Assembly (NCBI GenBank): GCA_963730935.1
Contig: CAVSTP010000004.1
Coordinates: 608,001 to 672,000 of the forward strand
DNA from: an uncultured Nitrospiraceae bacterium
GTDB taxonomy: Bacteria; Nitrospirota; Nitrospiria; Nitrospirales; Nitrospiraceae
Direction of reading: 5' to 3'
Length of the DNA stretch: 64,000 nt
Shown here: piece after piece, positions 21,068 to 31,374 of the stretch
How positions within the stretch are numbered: the first letter of the stretch is position 1
Layout: each line of letters begins with the position of its first letter
Notes under the pieces: generated by a model
Seen by the model: only the letters and a program-made list of their open reading frames with translations
What the model was told of the DNA's origin: nothing
Databases searched by the model: none
Position numbers and translations under genes: made by a program

Positions 21068-22342
21068 CTAGCCGCGCGGGGCGAGTGCTCTATACGCAAT
21101 GTCGTGACGGTAGTGACATCCCTTGAACGCGATCTGCTTCGCCGTGCGGTACGCCGCCGCCTGCGCGTCCGCCAACGTGGCTCCTCGTCCGGTGATGCCC
21201 AACACGCGCCCGCCCGTGGTGACGATGTCCTCCCCGTGTCTCGCAGTTCCCGCATGAAAAACGGTCGCGCTCTGTGGGTCAAGGCTGTCCAATCCGCGAA
21301 TGGGTTCGCCGACGTCATAGGGGCCCGGATAGCCGGCGGACGTCATGACCACACACACCGCGTGCCCGTCGTGCCACTCCACCTGCACCTGATCCAGCCG
21401 GTGTTCGACGACCGCTTCGAGGACGTCGAGAAGATCCGTCTTCAGCAACGGTAGCACGACCTGCGTTTCAGGATCTCCCATGCGGGCGTTGAACTCCAAC
21501 ACGTAGGGAACTTCGTGGACGATCATCAACCCGGCATACAACACCCCTTGAAAGGGCGAACCCAACCGCGACATGACGTCGACGATCGGTTGTAGTATGT
21601 CTCGCGTCACCTGGGCACGCAAGGCCGACGTTCCTAACGGTGCGGGGCAATAGGCGCCCATGCCACCGGTGTTCAAGCCCGTATCGCCGTCGCCGATCCG
21701 CTTATGGTCCTGGGCGGGCAACATCGGCGCGACCGTGCGCCCGTCGGTGAACGCCATGATGGTCAGTTCTTCGCCCTGAAGACATTGTTCGACCAGGACC
21801 TGCTTTCCAGCGTCGCCGAACACCGCCTTTTCCATCGAGTCGACAATGGCATCACGTGCCTCCTCGCGCGTTTGGGCAATCAAGACACCTTTGCCCTGTG
21901 CCAGCCCATCGGCTTTGATTACGACAGGCATGTCATGATGCTCTACATAGGCGAGCGCCTCCGCCGGCAGGTCGAAAGCCTTGGCGCGGGCCGTGCGAAT
22001 GCCGGCCTTTGCCATGATCTCTTTTGAAAAAATCTTGCTCGCTTCGAGCCGTGCGGCATTCCTCGTGGGACCGAAAATTTTCAGCTTTGCCTTGCGGAAT
22101 TCGTCGGCAATCCCCAGGGCCAGGGGCGCTTCCGGTCCCACGACCGTGAGATCGATTCCTTTCCGTTGCACGAAGGCTTTTAAGCCCGCAATGTCGTCGG
22201 CCTTAATCGGCACACAGGTCGCGAGCGACGCGATGCCCGCGTTTCCCGGCGCACAGAAGAGACGGGGTTGGCGCGGGCTGTGAGCAAGCTTCCAGACCAT
22301 CGCATGTTCGCGGCCCCCGCTGCCGACGACGAGAACTTTCAC
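21068..22342 (-). CDS. purD: Phosphoribosylamine-glycine ligase
   Basis: GSGGREHA, KADGLAQGKG, QDHKR, NTGGMG, EFNARMGDPE; GTG start at 22342. Confidence 0.96.
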   Translation of the reverse strand: MKVLVVGSGGREHAMVWKLAHSPRQPRLFCAPGNAGIASLATCVPIKADDIAGLKAFVQRKGIDLTVVGPEAPLALGIADEFRKAKLKIFGPTRNAARLEASKIFSKEIMAKAGIRTARAKAFDLPAEALAYVEHHDMPVVIKADGLAQGKGVLIAQTREEARDAIVDSMEKAVFGDAGKQVLVEQCLQGEELTIMAFTDGRTVAPMLPAQDHKRIGDGDTGLNTGGMGAYCPAPLGTSALRAQVTRDILQPIVDVMSRLGSPFQGVLYAGLMIVHEVPYVLEFNARMGDPETQVVLPLLKTDLLDVLEAVVEHRLDQVQVEWHDGHAVCVVMTSAGYPGPYDVGEPIRGLDSLDPQSATVFHAGTARHGEDIVTTGGRVLGITGRGATLADAQAAAYRTAKQIAFKGCHYRHDIAYRALAPRG

Positions 22343-22376
22343 GGCATTATTTCCCAGGTGTCGGAGATTTGAGAAA

Positions 22377-22541
22377 GGATGTTCAAACGGCCTGTCTATC
22401 TCACCCACCCAACCCTCGCGCCGTGGGACGCGTTCTTTCCCAAACGAGGCCGCAGCGAGCGAGATGCCGAGGCATACCGTGCCTCGTACGCTGAGGCATT
22501 GAGCGATGCGAGAACGAGGCTCGAAGGCCGTTTCAACATCC
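22377..22541. mobile_element. MITE-like palindromic element with terminal inverted repeats
   Basis: Left end GGATGTTCAAACGGCCT; right end AGGCCGTTTCAACATCC (16/17 inverted match); internal hairpins; no coding capacity. Confidence 0.75.
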
Positions 22542-22542
22542 G

Positions 22543-24096
22543 TCAGTGGCGGAAGTGTCGCATGCCGGTCAAAATCATCGCCATTCCGTGTTCATCGGCC
22601 GCCTTGACGACCTCTGCATCGCGAATGGAGCCGCCAGGCTGGATGACTGCGGTAATGCCGGCTTGCGCCGCCGCATCGAGACCGTCTCGGAACGGGAAGA
22701 AGGCATCCGACGCCATCACGCAGCCTTTCACGGGCAGCTGCGCCTTCATGGCCGCAAGCTTTACGCTATCCACGCGGCTCATCTGTCCGGCGCCGATGCC
22801 GACGGTTTGCCCGGGCTTGGCATAAATAATGGCGTTGGACTTGACGTGCTTGGAGACCTTCCAGGCAAACGCGCAGGCGGCGTATTCCTCGTCCGTCGGC
22901 TTCCGGACCGTCGGCACGGGCAGCGTCCGCAAATCCGTCAAGCTCCCCAGGTCCCGATCCTGGACGATGAGGCCGCCGACCAGTTTTCTCAGATCAAAGC
23001 CTTCCTGCTTCACCTTTGTGAGAGGCCCGACGTCCAGCAGTCGGAGATCCTTCTTGCGCTTGAGCTCGGCCAGCGCATCATCGGCGAATCCGGGCGCGAT
23101 CACCACTTCAACGAACGTCGAGGTGATTTCTTTGGCCGCGGCGAGATCCACCGGACGATTGAACGCGATCACGCCGCCGAACGCCGACACGGGATCGGTC
23201 TCGCGCGCCTTGACGTACGCGTCCACCGGCGTGGCACCCAGCGCCACTCCACAGGGATTGTTGTGCTTGATGATCGCGACCGCCGTCTCGTCGTATTCCT
23301 TCGCCAATTCCAGGGCGGCATTGGCATCAAGGAAATTGTTGTACGACATCGCTTTGCCGTGGAGGATCGTGCCTCGCGAGACGGACGGCTCGTTCGATTG
23401 ACGTTCCCGATAAAAGGCACCTTGCTGATGCGGATTTTCGCCATAGCGCAGGATCTCGGCGAGATCGAATTGGAGCGAGAGGACCTTGGGAAACTTGACG
23501 TCGCCGCTGTGGACCTGCTGTTCGAGGTACCCAGCAATCACACTGTCGTAGCGCGCCGTGTGCTGAAAGACCTTCATGGCCAACTCTCGCCGCAACGCCG
23601 GCGTCACGGTGTCCTCCTGCAGCGCCTTGAGCATCCGCGAGTAATCGGCGGGATCGACCACGACGAGCACATCGTCATGGTTTTTCGCTGCCGACCGCAG
23701 CATGGACGGGCCGCCGATATCGATGTTTTCGATCGCGTCCTCGAACTGACAGTTGGGTTTTGCGATCGTCGATTCGAAGGGGTACAGGTTCACCACCACC
23801 ATGTCGATCGGGCCGATATGGTGCTCTTTCATTTGCTCGACATGAGCCGGCACGGATCGACGTGCCAATAATCCGCCATGGATCTTCGGATGGAGGGTCT
23901 TGACGCGGCCGTCGAGAATTTCCGGCGAGCCGGTGTAGGCCGCCACATCCGTCACCGCGACGCCCGCGTCGCGCAGCGTCTTGGCTGTGCCCCCAGTGGA
24001 TAGGATTTCGGCGCCGAATGCGGCAAGCCCCTTTGCCAGATCGACGACCCCGGTCTTATCTGAAACACTGATCAATGCCCGCTTCATGCTGGCCAT
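22543..24096 (-). CDS. purH: Bifunctional AICAR transformylase / IMP cyclohydrolase
   Basis: [42 protein letters not shown]. Confidence 0.97.
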   Translation of the reverse strand: MASMKRALISVSDKTGVVDLAKGLAAFGAEILSTGGTAKTLRDAGVAVTDVAAYTGSPEILDGRVKTLHPKIHGGLLARRSVPAHVEQMKEHHIGPIDMVVVNLYPFESTIAKPNCQFEDAIENIDIGGPSMLRSAAKNHDDVLVVVDPADYSRMLKALQEDTVTPALRRELAMKVFQHTARYDSVIAGYLEQQVHSGDVKFPKVLSLQFDLAEILRYGENPHQQGAFYRERQSNEPSVSRGTILHGKAMSYNNFLDANAALELAKEYDETAVAIIKHNNPCGVALGATPVDAYVKARETDPVSAFGGVIAFNRPVDLAAAKEITSTFVEVVIAPGFADDALAELKRKKDLRLLDVGPLTKVKQEGFDLRKLVGGLIVQDRDLGSLTDLRTLPVPTVRKPTDEEYAACAFAWKVSKHVKSNAIIYAKPGQTVGIGAGQMSRVDSVKLAAMKAQLPVKGCVMASDAFFPFRDGLDAAAQAGITAVIQPGGSIRDAEVVKAADEHGMAMILTGMRHFRH

Positions 24097-24255
24097 GCGA
24101 CAACTCCTTGCATCGACTCGAGTTTATGATTAGCGCGGTGGAAGGGATGGGCGGAGGATAGCAAAGGAGGTGGACAAGTTCAACTTGGTTGTTCCCGCTT
24201 AGGCCAAACCCCAGGCTGGCTTGCTTCCGTGCGTTTATGATACCGTGCGGTTAAA

Positions 24256-25146
24256 GTGATGCTTGCAATTGAATGGCTGAAGCGCATGGAACGCAGGACC
24301 ATTCTGGGCGGTGGGGTCTTCGCTCTGACACTGTTGGCGCTCGTCTGTATTCCCCGCCACCTTCCGTTATCGGCCTCTCCGCCTGCACTGGTCCCGGCGA
24401 ACTTTCATGCGCGACTTGAACAAGGCACGCTGATGCTCCGGGGATCCCTGCCGGACGCCGGCGCTCGTGACCGCATCCTGGAACGGGCCCGCGCCACTTT
24501 CGGCCCGGCCCAGGTGCGTGTGCTCGATCAACTCACGATCGACGGCCGCATTGCCGCTCCCTCCTGGGTCAACCACCTGCCAGCCGTGCTTCCTGTGCTT
24601 GAACAGATGCAGGGCGTCCGATCGGTGATGATCGACGGCCGCTTCCTGGTTCTGAGCGGAGCCGTGCCGTCCGAACAGGCGAGAACTAGTATCTTGCATA
24701 CCGTCTCGCCCTTGCGCTCACTCGGCTTGGAACTGGAAGATCATATGACGGTTGCCGCGACGACCGCGGCGGCCCCCTCGTTGCAGGCACGGTTGAATGA
24801 CTTGTTAGCTCGCAACCAGATCGAGTTCGATTCCAATCAGGCCACCTTGACCGCACGCGGTCGGACGTCATTGGACCGGCTGATCCCCGTGTTGACCCAA
24901 GCGCCCCATACGTCGATCGAGATTGGCGGACACACCGACAGCTTCGGCGCACCGGACTATAATAAGGACCTGAGCCGGCGCCGAGCCGAAGCCGTGCGGG
25001 ACTATCTGACCGCCCATGGGGTCACCCATGAGCTGACCGCCGTCGGCTATGGCGCGAGCAAGCCGCTGGCGGCCGGCGTCTCACGAGCCGCCCTTCAACG
25101 GAACCGCCGGATTGAGCTGCGCGTGCTGGAGACCAACTCGCGATGA
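24256..25146 (+). CDS. Membrane-anchored BON-like + OmpA C-terminal (peptidoglycan-binding) protein
   Basis: N-terminal TM, two LxGxxP...LxV BON-like repeats, OmpA motifs GHTD, LSRRRAEAV, GYG, NRRIE. Confidence 0.85.
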   Translation: MMLAIEWLKRMERRTILGGGVFALTLLALVCIPRHLPLSASPPALVPANFHARLEQGTLMLRGSLPDAGARDRILERARATFGPAQVRVLDQLTIDGRIAAPSWVNHLPAVLPVLEQMQGVRSVMIDGRFLVLSGAVPSEQARTSILHTVSPLRSLGLELEDHMTVAATTAAAPSLQARLNDLLARNQIEFDSNQATLTARGRTSLDRLIPVLTQAPHTSIEIGGHTDSFGAPDYNKDLSRRRAEAVRDYLTAHGVTHELTAVGYGASKPLAAGVSRAALQRNRRIELRVLETNSR

Positions 25147-26318
25147 TCGCTCTCGCCTTCCAAATGGTCGTCTGCCTCCTCGTGGCTGCCGCGATCGGTG
25201 CGGCCGTCGGCTGGATGCTTCGGCACCGTTCAGCAGAGTCGCATGCCCAGAGCCTCACCGATCTCGAAACGGAGTTGCGCGTCAAGGGGCAGGCGCTGGA
25301 CACGGCGATTTACGAGCTCAAAGTGAAAACTGCGGCCGTCATGGCGCTCGAATCCAAGGTGGCTTCGCTCGAAAGCCTGGGCCGATCCGCGCAAGAGGAG
25401 CTGGCCTCCCGGCAAGACCGGATCGACCGTCTGCAGCAGGACCTCAAGGAGAATCAGGCGTGCAGTCAATCGGCGCGATCGGAGTCTCAGACACAGCTGG
25501 AGCGACTCGCCGATCAAGAGACGACGTTGGCGGCGTTCGCCAATGAAGTCCGTCAGTCCAACGCTGCTCGCACCAAGGTGCAGGAGGAGCTTGCCGGCAA
25601 AGAGCAAGAACTTGTCGATCTGCAACAGCGGCTGGCTGAAGCGGACCGCTGGCGTGAGGAATTCGAACGGCTCCAGACGAAGCTCGAGGAATTGGAACCG
25701 GCGCAGGGCCGTCTGCACTGGCTCGAAGTCCAGTTGAGCGACAAGGATGCCCATCATCGGCAGGCCGTCAACCGGCTTGAACAGGACCTCGCCGCGCGCG
25801 ACCGCCGCCTCGCCGAGCAGGCGGAACAGAGCTTATTGCTGGAGGAGCGGGATCGTCGCATCACCACGCTCGAACAGCGCCTGGCCCAGCTGCACGCGCT
25901 GCAAGCAGAACTCGCTGGCCAGGCGAAGATCATGGGCGATCAAGAAGAAGAGATTTCCCGTCTGCGCAAACGGCTCGGAGAAGTCCGCGCTGCACTGCGG
26001 GTGCGGGAGGACAGCGCTCCCGTGCTCGCGCGGCCCAATGGCCCCGCTAATCAACTCAGCCTGCAGATGCCGGCCCCGAAGGCGACCGCTGGGCCACGGA
26101 AGGACGACCTGAAAAAAATCCATGGCATCAGCCTGGCCATCGAGCGCGCGCTCAATAAGATGGGCACGTTTACGTATGTGCAGATCGCCAGATGGAAACC
26201 GAGTGACCTCGCCCGTATTGCGAAGAAACTGGACAACCTGCCCGCACGCGTCAAGCCGGACCATTGGATCGCCGACGCGAAAAAACAGCATCGTGAGAAA
26301 TACGGCGAAAAACTCTAG
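25143..26318 (+). CDS. Membrane-anchored coiled-coil protein with C-terminal helix-hairpin-helix-like domain
   Basis: N-terminal TM, long coiled coil, DDLKKIHGI...ALNKMG...QIARW...WIADAK; ATGA overlap with upstream gene. Confidence 0.8.
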   Translation: MIALAFQMVVCLLVAAAIGAAVGWMLRHRSAESHAQSLTDLETELRVKGQALDTAIYELKVKTAAVMALESKVASLESLGRSAQEELASRQDRIDRLQQDLKENQACSQSARSESQTQLERLADQETTLAAFANEVRQSNAARTKVQEELAGKEQELVDLQQRLAEADRWREEFERLQTKLEELEPAQGRLHWLEVQLSDKDAHHRQAVNRLEQDLAARDRRLAEQAEQSLLLEERDRRITTLEQRLAQLHALQAELAGQAKIMGDQEEEISRLRKRLGEVRAALRVREDSAPVLARPNGPANQLSLQMPAPKATAGPRKDDLKKIHGISLAIERALNKMGTFTYVQIARWKPSDLARIAKKLDNLPARVKPDHWIADAKKQHREKYGEKL

Positions 26319-26338
26319 CCGCCTCCTCCAACTGTGCG

Positions 26339-26367
26339 TTGACTTGCCGCCACTGCCCACCTAGAAT
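26339..26367 (+). promoter_or_regulatory. Putative sigma70 promoter of dnaE (near-leaderless)
   Basis: TTGACT-17 nt-TAGAAT, 8 nt before ATG. Confidence 0.65.
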
Positions 26368-26375
26368 CGCGTCCC

Positions 26376-29300
26376 ATGACCGCTTCGTTCGTCCACCTGC
26401 ATCTGCACACCCAATTCAGTCTCCTCGACGGCGCCAATCAGATTGAACCTCTGGTTCGCCAGATCAAGACCTTCGGACAGCCGGCCGTGGCGATGACCGA
26501 TCATGGCAACATGTTCGGCGCCATCGAGTTCTACCGCAAAGCGAAAGAAATCGGCGTCAAGCCCATTATCGGCTGCGAAGCCTACATGGCGCTCGGCAGT
26601 CGGCATGCCAAGAAGGACAGCGGGCTGGCGCACAACGACTACTACCACCTCATCCTCTTGGCCAGAAACCTGACGGGCTATCAGAACCTGATCAAGCTGG
26701 TGAGTAAAGCATACCTTGAAGGATTCTATTACAAGCCGCGGATGGACAAGGAAATCCTTAAAGAACATCACGAAGGTTTGATCGCGCTGTCTGGGTGCCT
26801 GAGCGGAGAGATTCCGTACCTCATCGGGCAAAAGGACATGACCGGCGCCATGGCGGTCGCGGGTGAATTTCAAGAGCTCTTCGGGAAAGAGCACTTCTAT
26901 CTCGAAGTGCAGGCGAACGGCCTCGACCATCAACGGATCGCCAATGCCGGTCTCATAGAAATCCATAAGAAACTCGGCATCCCGCTCGCCGGCACCAACG
27001 ACTGTCATTACCTGAAGAAGGAGGACGCCCGGCCGCATGAGCTCATGCTCTGCCTCCAGACGGGCAAGACGCTGAGCGATCCGGCCCGAATGAAGTTCGA
27101 TACCGACCAGCTCTACGTGAAGTCGACCGAAGACATCGCGCCGGCATTTGCAGAATTTCCCGGGGCCGTCACCAACACCTGTCGGATCGCCGATCACTGC
27201 GAACTCGAGCTGGCGCTCAACAAGACGCATCTGCCGCAGTACAAGGCTCCGGAAGGGTACACGCGCGAATCCTATGTCGAGTACCTGGCGATCGAAGGCC
27301 TGAAGTCCCGTTTGACGGAACGCCCGAGCACCATCCCCGTGGCGGTCTACGAACAACGCCTGCGTGAAGAGTTGATGGTCATTTGTTCCATGGGATTCGC
27401 CGGCTATTTCCTGATCGTCTGGGACATCATCCGGTTTGCCCGCAGCCGTGGCATCCCTGTGGGGCCGGGTCGGGGATCCGCCGCCGGCAGCCTGGTCGCC
27501 TATGCGCTACGCATCACCGATCTCGATCCACTCGTCTATACGTTGCTGTTCGAGCGGTTCCTCAACCCCGAACGGGTGTCGCTCCCCGATATCGACATGG
27601 ACTTCTGCATGGACCGCCGGGGAGAAGTCCTCAATTATGTCGTCGACAAATACGGATCGGATCACGTGGCCCAGATCATTACGTTCGGGACGCTCGGCGC
27701 CAAGGCCGCCATTCGAGACGTGGGGCGCGTCCTTGAGATGCCCTACGCGGATGCCGACAAAGTCGCAAAACTGGTCCCCAACCAGCTGAACATCACGCTC
27801 GAGCAGGCACTCGAGACGGAGCCCCGGCTCCGTGAACTGGTCGACACGGATCCAAAGGTGCGGGAGCTCATGACCATCGCGCGGTCGCTCGAGGGGCTCG
27901 CCCGTCATGCCTCGACCCACGCGGCCGGCGTGGTCATTTCGGAAGAGCCGCTGACGGATCACGTGCCTCTCTATAAGGGCGCCAACGACGAAATCGTCAC
28001 CCAATATTCGATGGGCGATGTTGAGAAAATCGGATTAGTGAAATTCGATTTTCTCGGCCTCAAAACGCTCACGATGATCCGCCGGGCCGAAACCCTGATT
28101 AATGAAAGCCATCCCGGACCGCCGCCGTTGAGCGTGGATCTGTTGCCCTTTGACGACGCCAAGACCTTTGCCTTGCTTTCGTCCGGGAAAACCACCGGCA
28201 TTTTCCAGCTCGAAAGTTCCGGGATGCGCGATTTGCTGGCCGGCTTCAAACCGGACCGCTTCGAAGACATCATCGCCATCATCGCGCTGTATAGGCCGGG
28301 CCCGATGGACCTGATTCCGGATTTCATCAAGCGAAAGCAGGGCAAGGTGCCCATCGTCTACGAGCTTCCGGAACTGGAGCCGATCCTGAAGGACACATAT
28401 GGGGTCATCGTGTATCAGGAGCAGGTCATGGCCATCGCGAACACCGTGGCCGGGTTTACCCTCGGCCAGGCAGACATTCTCCGGCGCGCCATGGGCAAAA
28501 AGAAACCGGAAGAAATGGAAAAGCTGCGCGTCAAGTTTTTGGAAGGCGCCCGGCAGAAGAAGATCGCGGAGAAGAAAGCCGAGAAACTCTACGAATTAAT
28601 TCAGAAATTTGCCGGCTATGGCTTCAACAAGTCGCATGCGGCCGCGTACGCCGTCGTCTGCTATCAAACGGGCTATCTGAAGGCGCACCATCCCACCGAG
28701 TTCATGGCGGCGCTCATGACGAGCGATATGGGCAATCAAGACAAGGTCGTGGGCTACTTCACCGAATGCCGCGATCTCGGCATCAAGGTGCTGGGTCCCG
28801 ACGTGAATGAAAGCCAGAAAAATTTTGGCGTCGTCGAGGGCGCCATCCGGTTCGGCCTGGCAGCGATCAAGAACGTCGGGGAAGGCGCCGTGGATTCGGT
28901 GCTGGCCATCCGTGCCGACAGCGGGCGGTTTACGTCGTTCTTTGATTTTTGCCGGCGCGTCGACCTCCACAAAGTCAACAAACGGATGCTGGAAGGGCTG
29001 ATCAAAGCCGGCGCCTTCGATTCGCTGGGCGCCAAGCGCTCACAGTTGATGGCGATGCTCGATCAAGCCATCGAGGACGGCGCCGCCGCGCAACGGGAAC
29101 GCGAGATGGGCCAGACCAGCATCTTCGGCGAAGATCTGAATGGCGGCGAAGCTGCGCACGATCACGTGGAGCCCACCCTGCCGAACGTACCCGAATGGGA
29201 TCAGCCTCAGCGGTTGAAATACGAACGCGAACTTACCGGCTTCTACATCACGGCCCACCCGCTCACGCGTTACGAGGCAACGATTCACGCGCTCGCCACG

Positions 29301-29837
29301 GCCACGACCGCCGGCATTACAGAACTGTCCGACGGCAAGGAAGTGCGCCTGTGCGGTATCATCGCGACGGTGAAATCCATGCTGACCAAAAAAGGCGACC
29401 GGATGGCATACGTGACGCTCGAAGATCTTCAGGGGACGGTCGAGGTGATCGTATTCCCCGACCTGTTCAAGACCGTCGGCGATTTGATCGCTCCCGAGCG
29501 TCTCATCCGGGTCACGGGCACGATCGACCGAGGAGACAAAGGCACCAAGATCCGGGGCGCCAAGATCGAACCGCTGGCCGATGTCCAAACGCAGTCCATC
29601 AAGCGCATTCATATCCGGCTCGCAACTGAGCCCGAGGTCAAGGATCAGTTGCCGCGGCTGCTGGATGTTTTCAAACGGCACCCCGGCGCCACCGCGGTCT
29701 CACTGACCTTTCGAACGGAGAGCGCCCTCGAAGCGGAAACCGCCCCTCTCCCCCATCTAACTGTAAGCGCCACCGAAGACTTTGTCGCAGATGTTGAGGA
29801 AGTGCTAGGCAAAGGGGCCCTGTCTCTGGTATCGTAG
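26376..29837 (+). CDS. dnaE: DNA polymerase III alpha subunit
   Basis: PHP HLHLHTQFSLLDG, GRGSAAGS, PDIDMD, KFDFLGL, OB fold. Confidence 0.98.
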   Translation: MTASFVHLHLHTQFSLLDGANQIEPLVRQIKTFGQPAVAMTDHGNMFGAIEFYRKAKEIGVKPIIGCEAYMALGSRHAKKDSGLAHNDYYHLILLARNLTGYQNLIKLVSKAYLEGFYYKPRMDKEILKEHHEGLIALSGCLSGEIPYLIGQKDMTGAMAVAGEFQELFGKEHFYLEVQANGLDHQRIANAGLIEIHKKLGIPLAGTNDCHYLKKEDARPHELMLCLQTGKTLSDPARMKFDTDQLYVKSTEDIAPAFAEFPGAVTNTCRIADHCELELALNKTHLPQYKAPEGYTRESYVEYLAIEGLKSRLTERPSTIPVAVYEQRLREELMVICSMGFAGYFLIVWDIIRFARSRGIPVGPGRGSAAGSLVAYALRITDLDPLVYTLLFERFLNPERVSLPDIDMDFCMDRRGEVLNYVVDKYGSDHVAQIITFGTLGAKAAIRDVGRVLEMPYADADKVAKLVPNQLNITLEQALETEPRLRELVDTDPKVRELMTIARSLEGLARHASTHAAGVVISEEPLTDHVPLYKGANDEIVTQYSMGDVEKIGLVKFDFLGLKTLTMIRRAETLINESHPGPPPLSVDLLPFDDAKTFALLSSGKTTGIFQLESSGMRDLLAGFKPDRFEDIIAIIALYRPGPMDLIPDFIKRKQGKVPIVYELPELEPILKDTYGVIVYQEQVMAIANTVAGFTLGQADILRRAMGKKKPEEMEKLRVKFLEGARQKKIAEKKAEKLYELIQKFAGYGFNKSHAAAYAVVCYQTGYLKAHHPTEFMAALMTSDMGNQDKVVGYFTECRDLGIKVLGPDVNESQKNFGVVEGAIRFGLAAIKNVGEGAVDSVLAIRADSGRFTSFFDFCRRVDLHKVNKRMLEGLIKAGAFDSLGAKRSQLMAMLDQAIEDGAAAQREREMGQTSIFGEDLNGGEAAHDHVEPTLPNVPEWDQPQRLKYERELTGFYITAHPLTRYEATIHALATATTAGITELSDGKEVRLCGIIATVKSMLTKKGDRMAYVTLEDLQGTVEVIVFPDLFKTVGDLIAPERLIRVTGTIDRGDKGTKIRGAKIEPLADVQTQSIKRIHIRLATEPEVKDQLPRLLDVFKRHPGATAVSLTFRTESALEAETAPLPHLTVSATEDFVADVEEVLGKGALSLVS

Positions 29838-29880
29838 CGCACCGAATAGGAGAGGGTCCCGGTCCGGAGACATATCGCTT

Positions 29881-30849
29881 ATGCGCGATTATCTTGAGTT
29901 TGAAAAGCCGCTCCGCGAAATCGAGGAGAAGATCGAAAAACTCGCAGCCTCGGGCGGCGCAAAAGCCGGTGTTCAGGACGAAATCCGCAAACTGCGGATG
30001 AAGCTCGCCCAACTAGAGCATGAGCTGTACGGAAAGCTGACCCCCTGGCAGCGGACCCAACTTGCCCGGCATCCCCAGCGCCCAAGCACCCTCGATTACA
30101 TAGGTGAAATCTTCCGTGACTTTCTGGAATTCCACGGCGACCGGTCATTCGGCGACGACAGAGCCATTGTCGGCGGCTTTGCCCGCTTCAACGATCGGTC
30201 GATCATGGTCATCGGGCACCAAAAGGGCAAGACCCTCAAGGAACGCATGCAACGGAACTTCGGAATGCCCAATCCGGAAGGCTATCGGAAGGCCCTGCGT
30301 CTCATGAAGATGGCGGAGAAATTCGGCCGACCCATTGTCACGTTCATCGATACCCCAGGCGCTTATCCCGGCATCGGGGCCGAAGAGCGCGGCCAGGCCG
30401 AAGCCATCGCGAGAAATCTGTATGCCATGTCGCGGCTCGCCGTACCGATCATTTCGATCGTCATCGGCGAAGGCGGAAGCGGAGGCGCGCTGGCGCTCGG
30501 TGTGTCAGATCGCATCCTCATGCTCGAGCACGGCGTCTATTCCGTGATTTCTCCGGAAGGCTGTGCCGCAATTCTTTGGGATGATCCCGCTAAAGTGCCG
30601 GATGCCGCCGCGTCCCTGAAGATGACCGCCCAGGATCTCGTAGACCTCCGCATCGTGGATGATGTGATTCCTGAACCGCTCGGCGGTGCCCACCGTGAAC
30701 CGAAAGCCGTCACCGATCGAGTGGCCAAGGCGCTTACCAATCAACTGTTTCAACTCACCGATCTTTCGCTCGACCAACTGCTGGCCCAACGGAACCACAA
30801 GTACCGCCGTATGGGCGCAGTAAGCGGCCTCGACCTCACTGCCAACTAA
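29881..30849 (+). CDS. accA: Acetyl-CoA carboxylase carboxyltransferase alpha
   Basis: LEFEKP, ARHPQRP, NFGMPNPEGYRKA, GEGGSGGAL. Confidence 0.97.
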   Translation: MRDYLEFEKPLREIEEKIEKLAASGGAKAGVQDEIRKLRMKLAQLEHELYGKLTPWQRTQLARHPQRPSTLDYIGEIFRDFLEFHGDRSFGDDRAIVGGFARFNDRSIMVIGHQKGKTLKERMQRNFGMPNPEGYRKALRLMKMAEKFGRPIVTFIDTPGAYPGIGAEERGQAEAIARNLYAMSRLAVPIISIVIGEGGSGGALALGVSDRILMLEHGVYSVISPEGCAAILWDDPAKVPDAAASLKMTAQDLVDLRIVDDVIPEPLGGAHREPKAVTDRVAKALTNQLFQLTDLSLDQLLAQRNHKYRRMGAVSGLDLTAN

Positions 30850-30939
30850 GCCAACTAAGTTGACCGGCAGTCCGACCGGCTTCCTCCGTCCAGCCGGGTT
30901 TGCACCGGTCCATGCAGTGAGGGGGAAACGGCAATCTCG

Positions 30940-30967
30940 TTGACAGCCCGCCTCATATTGCTATGAT
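30940..30967 (+). promoter_or_regulatory. Putative sigma70 promoter (extended -10)
   Basis: TTGACA-16 nt-TATGAT with TG at the extended position. Confidence 0.55.
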
Positions 30968-31040
30968 TCGGGTAAGCGCAGGAAATGCATCGTTGCAGTA
31001 CCTGCCGTGTGGAAAGCCACCATTCGCCCAGGAACCGCGG

Positions 31041-31367
31041 ATGGAACAGCGAAAATTTCAGCGATTCTCGGACAACTCCGATGTCGTGTTTTCGAGTGAC
31101 ACGGTCAAGGGAGAAGGACGTGTGGAGAATCTCTCGCTCGGAGGCGCGGCGATCCTCAGCGATCTCGCCATCCCTCGCGGAGAATATCTTGCGCTGAAGA
31201 TTACGTTCCCCACCCAGGCCGCTGTAATCGAGATCGAACTGGCGCCCGTTCGGTGGATCAAACCAGGGAGCTTCGGAGTGGAATTCATCCGGATCGCGCC
31301 AGGGTCACAGCAGCGACTCAAAGACTACCTCGCCACCTTGGAAGGCGCCGCCTCGGACGCTGCGTAG
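31041..31367 (+). CDS. Stand-alone PilZ domain protein
   Basis: RKFQR (RxxxR) and NLSLGG ([D/N]xSxxG) c-di-GMP motifs, GVEF. Confidence 0.88.
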   Translation: MEQRKFQRFSDNSDVVFSSDTVKGEGRVENLSLGGAAILSDLAIPRGEYLALKITFPTQAAVIEIELAPVRWIKPGSFGVEFIRIAPGSQQRLKDYLATLEGAASDAA

Positions 31368-31374
31368 ACTCTCC

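Noticed and set aside
22379..22825. Plus-strand ORF of 148 aa
   Set aside because: Translation of the MITE-like element plus the antisense strand of purH.
22546..23871. Long antisense ORFs (also 2856-3893, 13945-15024, 37346-38656 and others)
   Set aside because: Shadow ORFs typical of high-GC codon usage opposite well-supported genes.
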